A stretch of 63,996 bases of DNA, counting the filler, from an uncultured bacterium (GTDB lineage Bacteria > CAYJOG01): NCBI GenBank assembly GCA_964371695.1. It is 23 parts of 23 records of this genome, joined end to end, with 100 filler letters (N's around TTAATTAATTAA, not from the genome) between each part and the next. Parts side by side here need not be neighbours in the genome. Positions count along the whole stretch, not along the records: positions 56,155 to 58,782 come from CAYJOG010000484.1; positions 58,883 to 61,499 come from CAYJOG010000485.1; positions 61,600 to 63,996 come from CAYJOG010000517.1; 20 more parts are not named here. One strand, written 5' to 3'. Below the pieces are notes generated by a model. The model did not search any database and had not been told where the DNA came from. It was given only the letters and a program-made list of their open reading frames with translations. Positions 58,634-63,996 of this stretch are shown here, in pieces. Both the position numbers and the translations under genes were made by a program. Numbering within the stretch: the first letter of the stretch is position 1; each line of letters begins with the position of its first letter.

Positions 58634-58782
58634 TCAGCCCTTTTTCTTCACCGATTTTTTCAGCAGGGCGGCGATGTCTTTCAGCCCCAGCCGCTCGGCC
58701 AGCGCCAGGGGTGTGTCGCCCCGTTTGTTGGTGACAGCGGGTTTTGCGCCTGCCTTCAGCAGCGCGGCCACCACCTGGGGAT
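58634..58782 (-). CDS. Ankyrin repeat protein, C-terminal fragment
   Basis: VVAALLKAGAKPAVTNKRGDTPLALA...IAALL. Confidence 0.8.
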
Positions 58783-58882
58783 NNNNNNNNNNNNNNNNNN
58801 NNNNNNNNNNNNNNNNNNNNNNNNNNTTAATTAATTAANNNNNNNNNNNNNNNNNNNNNNNNNNNNNNNNNNNNNNNNNNNN

Positions 58883-59610
58883 TGTTTCACACCCGCCGCC
58901 AGCGGCTGTGCGCCGTTTCTGGCCCGCCACAACAACACTGCGGCGGCCATCAGAAAAACCGCCCCCGCCATATAAATACCGCCATACCAGAAAAGAGACG
59001 TGAGGGCCGAAACCGCCCCCGCCGACACCAGCCAGCGGGTCTGAAAACCCCCCTCGTCCCAACCCTTCCACAACAGCGCGAGATAAACCGGAAACAGACA
59101 AAACAGGGCGCTGTCGGCCAGCTTGGTGAAGGCATTGCCATACACCAGCACCAGCAGGGCCAGCCATGGCAACAACACGGCGGGCTGTTGCGCCGCCAAC
59201 CGGAATCCCAGCAGGCCCCACGCCAGCACGCCCAGCAGCGTGAGCGCAAGCGCCGCCAGCGTGTAGGCCCCCTGATGGGAACCGGTCAGTCGCGCCCCCG
59301 CTTTCATCAGCAACATGACACCCGGCGGAAAATGATAGGGATAACGAAAAACCGGGCGTGACAGGTCGTGGGTTTCAAAAAGCCCGTCGTTGTTGGCGGT
59401 GTAGCCCTTGCCCGCCATCCAGCGCCACGTGGCCTGAAGCTGTGTGGCGTCGTCTGTGCTCACCGCAAACCCCACCTGAAAACGGGGTGAGCCGCCGGGC
59501 AGGGGGGGCGGTGTCACCAGCAGGTTGGGCAACCGCAGCAGCAGGGCCAGCAACAGCAACAGGGTGATTCTGGCAGGCCAGCTTTGGGTTAAGGGTTTCA
59601 GGGAGCCCAT
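58883..59610 (-). CDS. Polytopic membrane protein (GT-C-like), 3' truncated
   Basis: TM-loop with STD and FPPG motifs, then multiple TM helices. Confidence 0.55.
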
Positions 59611-59761
59611 GGTCATCCGTTTTGGCAAAAGAGACTTTTTACTTTTTCGGCCCGTTGGCAGGAGATTACGGTGTTTTCATTCCTGGAGTCGCGGCGATGT
59701 CCCTGTCCCTGTTGGCGAAAAGCGCGGTGGGGACACCGCGCCTATTGCCGTAAGGTTACTG

Positions 59762-59900
59762 GTAGCCCCGGCGTCCCGCCGGGAGAAAAAAAACCGCCGC
59801 AGGCGGCACAAAACAGAAGTTTTTCAGGGAAATAAGAAAAAAGACAAATTGGTACGCGCCTTCGGCGCGGTTGATCCTCCCGGCGGGACGCCGGGGCTAC
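59762..59900. repeat. Inverted pair of GTAG-type REP sequences
   Basis: GTAGCCCCGGCGTCCCGCCGGGAG at 59762 and its reverse complement ending at 59900. Confidence 0.8.
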
Positions 59901-60010
59901 GTTAAAAAACCCTTGCAATTCCTTTGCTTTCTTCATAAACCTGACAGCAATGGACACCGCGCCTACTCCAGACATTTCATGGAAAAGCCACAAATCCGTC
60001 GCACAAAAAT

Positions 60011-60748
60011 TCACTCCGGCCTTCGCTCGGCCACCACAAACAGTTCACCGGCGGGTTTGACGATGCTGCGGCCCGGCACAATGCCCCGAATGGTCATGTT
60101 GGGATAAACCAGCGTGCCCGGCCCCACAAACGCACCGGGCATGGTCACGCAGTTGCAGCCCAGCTCCACGCGGTCGCCCAGCACCGCCCCCAGTTTGCGC
60201 AGGCCCGTCTCTACCGGCGCGTGGCCCGGCGGGCGCACCATCACCTGACGGTCGGGGCGGGTTTCAATCTTGAAGTTGGCGCATTTGGTGCCCGCCCCCA
60301 GGTTCACGTCCTGACCCAGCACGCAGTCTCCCAGATAGGCGAAGTGCGCCGCCTTGGCGCCGTTCAGCAGCAGGCTGTGTTTCACCTCGGTGGTGTGGCC
60401 GATGACACAATTGCGGCCCGCCAGCACGTGGCCCCGCACATAGGCCCCGTGGCGCACCTCGGCGCCCGGCCCCAGCACGGTGGGGCCCTGCACATAGGCC
60501 CCCGCTTCTATCACCACGCCCTCGCTCACGTGTACGTCTCCCTCCAGCACCGCCGTGGGATGCACCTGGCCCAGCACCTCAAACTTCGGCCACTGTTTGA
60601 GAAAAGCATCCATGCGGGCCAGCAGTTCCCACACCGGGCCGGGGGCGGCCAAAAGCGTGGCCGCGTCGTCCCACAATCCATCGACCGTAAAAAAGTCATA
60701 CACGTCAAGCCCTTTGATGGTGGTCATAATCCGGTCCTTTTCTGCCAT
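60011..60748 (-). CDS. Left-handed beta-helix acyltransferase (GlmU C-terminal-like)
   Basis: Hexapeptide repeats; AHFAYLGD, NLGAGT and GLRKLGA motifs. Confidence 0.9.
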   Translation of the reverse strand: MAEKDRIMTTIKGLDVYDFFTVDGLWDDAATLLAAPGPVWELLARMDAFLKQWPKFEVLGQVHPTAVLEGDVHVSEGVVIEAGAYVQGPTVLGPGAEVRHGAYVRGHVLAGRNCVIGHTTEVKHSLLLNGAKAAHFAYLGDCVLGQDVNLGAGTKCANFKIETRPDRQVMVRPPGHAPVETGLRKLGAVLGDRVELGCNCVTMPGAFVGPGTLVYPNMTIRGIVPGRSIVKPAGELFVVAERRPE

Positions 60749-61176
60749 TTTTCAGCCAGGGCCAGCACCTGGCTGAAACGGAAATACCGCCTGCCCTCCA
60801 GGTTGCGAAACATCTGCAAATGCCCCTGGTTCACCGCTTCGCGCAGGCGGGCGCGCTGGCACATCAACAGCGTCATGGCTTCCTGTTCGTTCACATAGGG
60901 GTCCAGCAGGCGGCTGAGCAGCAGGGCGCGCTCCTGCTGTGTGGGCACGGGCTGGTTGCGGTCTTTGCCGTTAAAGCGCCATTCCTCTTCGCTGGAAAGC
61001 CACCGGGCTGAGTCCTGCACCAGTTCACCGGCGTGATAAAACACCCGGCCCGCCGCCTCGGGCGGGGGCAGGTCCACCGGCGGCGAACCACCTTGGGCCG
61101 GGGGAGCGGCAGCGGCGGCCTCAAAAGGCCGGGGGCCTTTCTGCGAAAGGTTCTTCACATAGGTTTGCCAGTCCAC
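60724..61176 (-). CDS. Hypothetical protein with C-terminal MerR/Xis-type HTH
   Basis: VNEQEAMTLLMC..LREAVNQGHL..GRRYFRFSQVLAL resembles HTH_17. Confidence 0.65.
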   Translation of the reverse strand: MDWQTYVKNLSQKGPRPFEAAAAAPPAQGGSPPVDLPPPEAAGRVFYHAGELVQDSARWLSSEEEWRFNGKDRNQPVPTQQERALLLSRLLDPYVNEQEAMTLLMCQRARLREAVNQGHLQMFRNLEGRRYFRFSQVLALAEKWQKRTGL

Positions 61177-61599
61177 CACAAAATCATAACGGAGGCAGGA
61201 GGTGATTATTCGTTTGGCCGCGCCACAGCCGTTCACAACGAATGGCAGGGCCAATTAATCACCGCGACATAAAAAATGCCGCATGCTTGGGAAACAGGCA
61301 GATTGGGAGGGCGGGCTTTTTTATTACCCTCGCCCGCGCCCCAGCGTGGGAGAGGGTGGTTTTGACTGGCGTCGCCAGTCAAAACCGGGTGAGGGCCACG
61401 CGCGCTTGGCACATAGAGATACCCTTGTTTTTTGCGGGCAAGGGCACAGCCCTCACCCGGTATTGACCAAGCCCGGCTTGGTCAATACCACCCTCTCCCN
61501 NNNNNNNNNNNNNNNNNNNNNNNNNNNNNNNNNNNNNNNNNNNTTAATTAATTAANNNNNNNNNNNNNNNNNNNNNNNNNNNNNNNNNNNNNNNNNNNN

Positions 61600-61675
61600 G
61601 GAATGACGGCGGGTTGGACAAGGTTTTGGTCAGGAGACCTCAGCAAATGCTCCACCATTTCCAAAAAAACTCTGA
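61600..61675 (-). mobile_element. MITE-like element, family B (diverged, truncated)
   Basis: Reverse complement TCAGAGTTTTTTTGGAAATGGTGGAGCATTT...CCAACCCGCCGTC aligns with 56805 onward. Confidence 0.75.
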
Positions 61676-61737
61676 AGAGCCCACAGAAACCTCCTTTTCG
61701 CTTGGGACATTGAAAAGCGCCTCTTACACTGATTTCA

Positions 61738-62814
61738 GTGCAGGGGCGTCCGGCGGAATACGAAATCAGCATGGGGCGGGTGTGCAACGCCAAGTGCATC
61801 TTCTGCACCCAGGGCGACGAACCCCTGGCCGTGCAGCGGTTCATTCCCCCGGCAGAAGTGCTGGCGCACATCGATCACGCTGCCGGTTGTGGTTACAAAG
61901 CGCTGGCCTTTTTGGGGGGCGAGGTCACCATCAACAAACACTTTCCCGACTATCTGCGCCACGCCAAAAACAGGGGGTTTGAACGCCTGGACCTCTGCAC
62001 ACACGGGGCCATGCTGCACCGCGAGGAAGTGGTGCGGGAATATGCCGAGGCCGGCCTGTCGCGGGTGACCGTGAGTTTTCACGGCCACACCGCCGAGATT
62101 GAAAACGCCATCAGCCGCCGCGAAGGTTTTTTTGAGCGCAAGCTGCAGGGCCTGAAAAACCTCATCGCCCTGCAACAGCAGGGGGCCTTTGCCGACGGCG
62201 TTTCCGTCAACCCGGTGGTGAACACGCTGAACTACAAATACCTGCCGGAGATGGCCGCGTTTTTCACCCGCCTGGGGGTGAAGGACATCCGTTTCAACGC
62301 CATCCGCCCCGAAGGTCAGGCGCTGTATAACCCCCAGGTGGTGCCACCCTACCGGCTGGTGACGCCCTTCATCGAAAAAACCATCCTGCTCAACGAAACC
62401 CGCCTGAAAAACCGCATCACGTTCGGGGATTTTCCGTTTTGTGTCATGCCAGAGGTGTTCCGCCTGAACCGCGCGCTGTTTTACCGTTACACCGGCCAGT
62501 TCAACGATCTGGATAAAGAAATCACCATCTACCGCAGTGCGCGGCCCGGCGAGCTGGGTTATGAAAACTTCAAGTGGGAAGACCACAAAAACTCTCACAA
62601 ACAGTTTTTGCCCGCCTGCGAAACCTGCCGCGTGGCCGACCTGTGCAAAGGGGTGTGGGTGGACTACCCCCCCATTTTCGGCACGGCGGAGTTCTCGCCC
62701 ATTCAGCATGATCTGGCGGGTGAAACCGGCCATAAAATTTCGGCCAAAAAACGCAAACCGCTGCAACCGCTGGATCTGGGGAAGGAAAAAACAGCCGCCG
62801 TCATTTCGGATTAA
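61738..62814 (+). CDS. Radical SAM protein with C-terminal Cys cluster (HxsC4-like)
   Basis: CNAKCIFC, GGE, PFC and CETCRVADLCKGVWVDY motifs. Confidence 0.88.
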   Translation: MQGRPAEYEISMGRVCNAKCIFCTQGDEPLAVQRFIPPAEVLAHIDHAAGCGYKALAFLGGEVTINKHFPDYLRHAKNRGFERLDLCTHGAMLHREEVVREYAEAGLSRVTVSFHGHTAEIENAISRREGFFERKLQGLKNLIALQQQGAFADGVSVNPVVNTLNYKYLPEMAAFFTRLGVKDIRFNAIRPEGQALYNPQVVPPYRLVTPFIEKTILLNETRLKNRITFGDFPFCVMPEVFRLNRALFYRYTGQFNDLDKEITIYRSARPGELGYENFKWEDHKNSHKQFLPACETCRVADLCKGVWVDYPPIFGTAEFSPIQHDLAGETGHKISAKKRKPLQPLDLGKEKTAAVISD

Positions 62815-62823
62815 ACTTCTCCC

Positions 62824-63939
62824 ATGCCCAACAAAAGAGAAGTGGATGTCGCCGTTTATGGCGCGAATGGTTACACCGGCCGCCTGATCTGTCAGGAACT
62901 GGCTCGGCACGGCGTGTCGTTCGTGATGGGGGGGCGCAGCCAGGACAAACTGGAAGCCGCCCGCCAGGAAATGAGCCTGTCCGCCCCCATCGTGGTGGCT
63001 TCAGACGAAGAACCCGGCTCGCTGGAACGTTTGGCCGCCAAGGGCCGTGTGCTGATTTCCGCCGCCGGACCCTTTGGCCGCATCGGCATGCCCGTGGCGC
63101 GGGCGGCGGTCAAAGCCGGAGCGCACTACATGGACACCACCGGCGACATGCGCTTCATGATCGAAATGGCCGAAGAACTGGACGCCCCCGCCAAACGCAA
63201 AAAAATCGCCATGAGCCCCGCCATGGGTTTTGACGTGGTGCCCGGCGATCTGGCGGCTGCCAAGGCGGCGGACCTGCTGCGCAAGGGCCACCCCGGCACG
63301 GTGATTTCGTCGGTGGACATTGTGTACAACGTGCTCAGCCCGGCCATTTCGCGGGGCACCCTCAAAAGCAATCTGGAGGGCAAAGCGGGCGAGCCGCCCC
63401 TCACCTGGAAGGACAATACCTGGACCACCTTCACCGCTTTTGAAGAAGTGGAATCCTTTACGTTTCCGCACCCCCACACCAAGGCCCACCGCGTGCGACA
63501 GCAACTGGCCGAGGCCCTCACCGTGAGCCGCGCATTGAAAGCCCCCACCGTGAGCACCTGGCTGTTTGGCCCGCGGCTTGCCATTGAGGGACTCAAGGCC
63601 ATGCAGATGGTGGGTGAACTGCTGCTGGACTCCCCCCTCAAAAAACTGATGGATGAAGCGGTGAATCTGGCCCCCGAAGGCCCCAACATGAAACAGCGCC
63701 TGAAAACCGAATACCACATCCTGGCCCAGGTGCATGCCGAAGACGGCCACACCCAGGGCGTGGTGGCCAGCGGGCGCGACCCCTACGGCTTCACCGCCGA
63801 GGCGCTGGCAGCCTATGCCCGCCTGATGCTCAAAGAGGGTTATGACCGCAAGGGTGTGCTCAGCCCCTGCCATGTGGCCGACCCCGACGAAGCCATGGCG
63901 CTGATCGAAAAAGCACCCCTCACGTTCACGGTGGTGTAA
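62824..63939 (+). CDS. Saccharopine dehydrogenase-like oxidoreductase (paralog of 27020-28141)
   Basis: YGANGYTG, AGPF, GFDVVPGD and DPYGFTA motifs. Confidence 0.9.
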   Translation: MPNKREVDVAVYGANGYTGRLICQELARHGVSFVMGGRSQDKLEAARQEMSLSAPIVVASDEEPGSLERLAAKGRVLISAAGPFGRIGMPVARAAVKAGAHYMDTTGDMRFMIEMAEELDAPAKRKKIAMSPAMGFDVVPGDLAAAKAADLLRKGHPGTVISSVDIVYNVLSPAISRGTLKSNLEGKAGEPPLTWKDNTWTTFTAFEEVESFTFPHPHTKAHRVRQQLAEALTVSRALKAPTVSTWLFGPRLAIEGLKAMQMVGELLLDSPLKKLMDEAVNLAPEGPNMKQRLKTEYHILAQVHAEDGHTQGVVASGRDPYGFTAEALAAYARLMLKEGYDRKGVLSPCHVADPDEAMALIEKAPLTFTVV

Positions 63940-63996
63940 AGGGAAAAGCTGTTATACATGGCGACGTAAATCATGCCGAATACGGCAGAGGTTTCT

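Noticed and set aside
2774-61599. Regularly spaced TTAATTAATTAA flanked by N runs, superficially a periodic repeat array
   Set aside because: Artificial six-frame-stop contig linker. ORFs ending in X..LIN and any synteny across it are artefacts.
1-63996. CRISPR arrays, tRNA/rRNA, transposases, phage, retron or defence genes
   Set aside because: No repeat-spacer arrays, cloverleaf or rRNA signatures, or relevant protein motifs were seen.

Overview
This window is not one locus. It is 23 short, unordered contigs (about 2.6-2.8 kb, sorted by decreasing length) from a fragmented, GC-rich draft or metagenome-assembled bacterial genome. They are joined by an artificial 100-nt spacer (N44-TTAATTAATTAA-N44), so gene order is meaningless across spacers and many genes are cut off. 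The coding content is mostly housekeeping or accessory. Lipid and fatty-acid catabolism: enoyl-CoA hydratase, SDRs, SCP2, acyl-CoA ligase and dehydrogenase, patatin. Biosynthesis: ribD, proA (split over two contigs), dxr-ispG. Envelope: lptB-lptF/G, a lipid A-type acyltransferase, DUF5693-csaB, LCP-yqeK. Other: a TonB-dependent receptor under a cobalamin riboswitch, TRAP/ABC/MFS transporters, chemotaxis genes (cheR, CheX-REC), an Hsp70 paralog and a radical SAM protein. The most unusual signal is non-coding. At least five families of dispersed structured intergenic elements are present, and four of them carry hairpins with CsrA/RsmA-type CA(N)GGA(N)G loops on covarying stems. One is a 183-nt element present twice with no obvious transposon ends. 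In addition, 13 genes have a -10 box 6-7 nt upstream of the start codon and no Shine-Dalgarno site, which points to leaderless mRNAs. Data-quality caveats: ispG looks chimerically misjoined at a ~21-nt microhomology, proA has an in-frame stop near a contig end, and the frcBC/fructokinase contig may be a contaminant. No CRISPR array, rRNA, tRNA or transposase was found. Family assignments come from motifs and recalled similarity, not from database searches.
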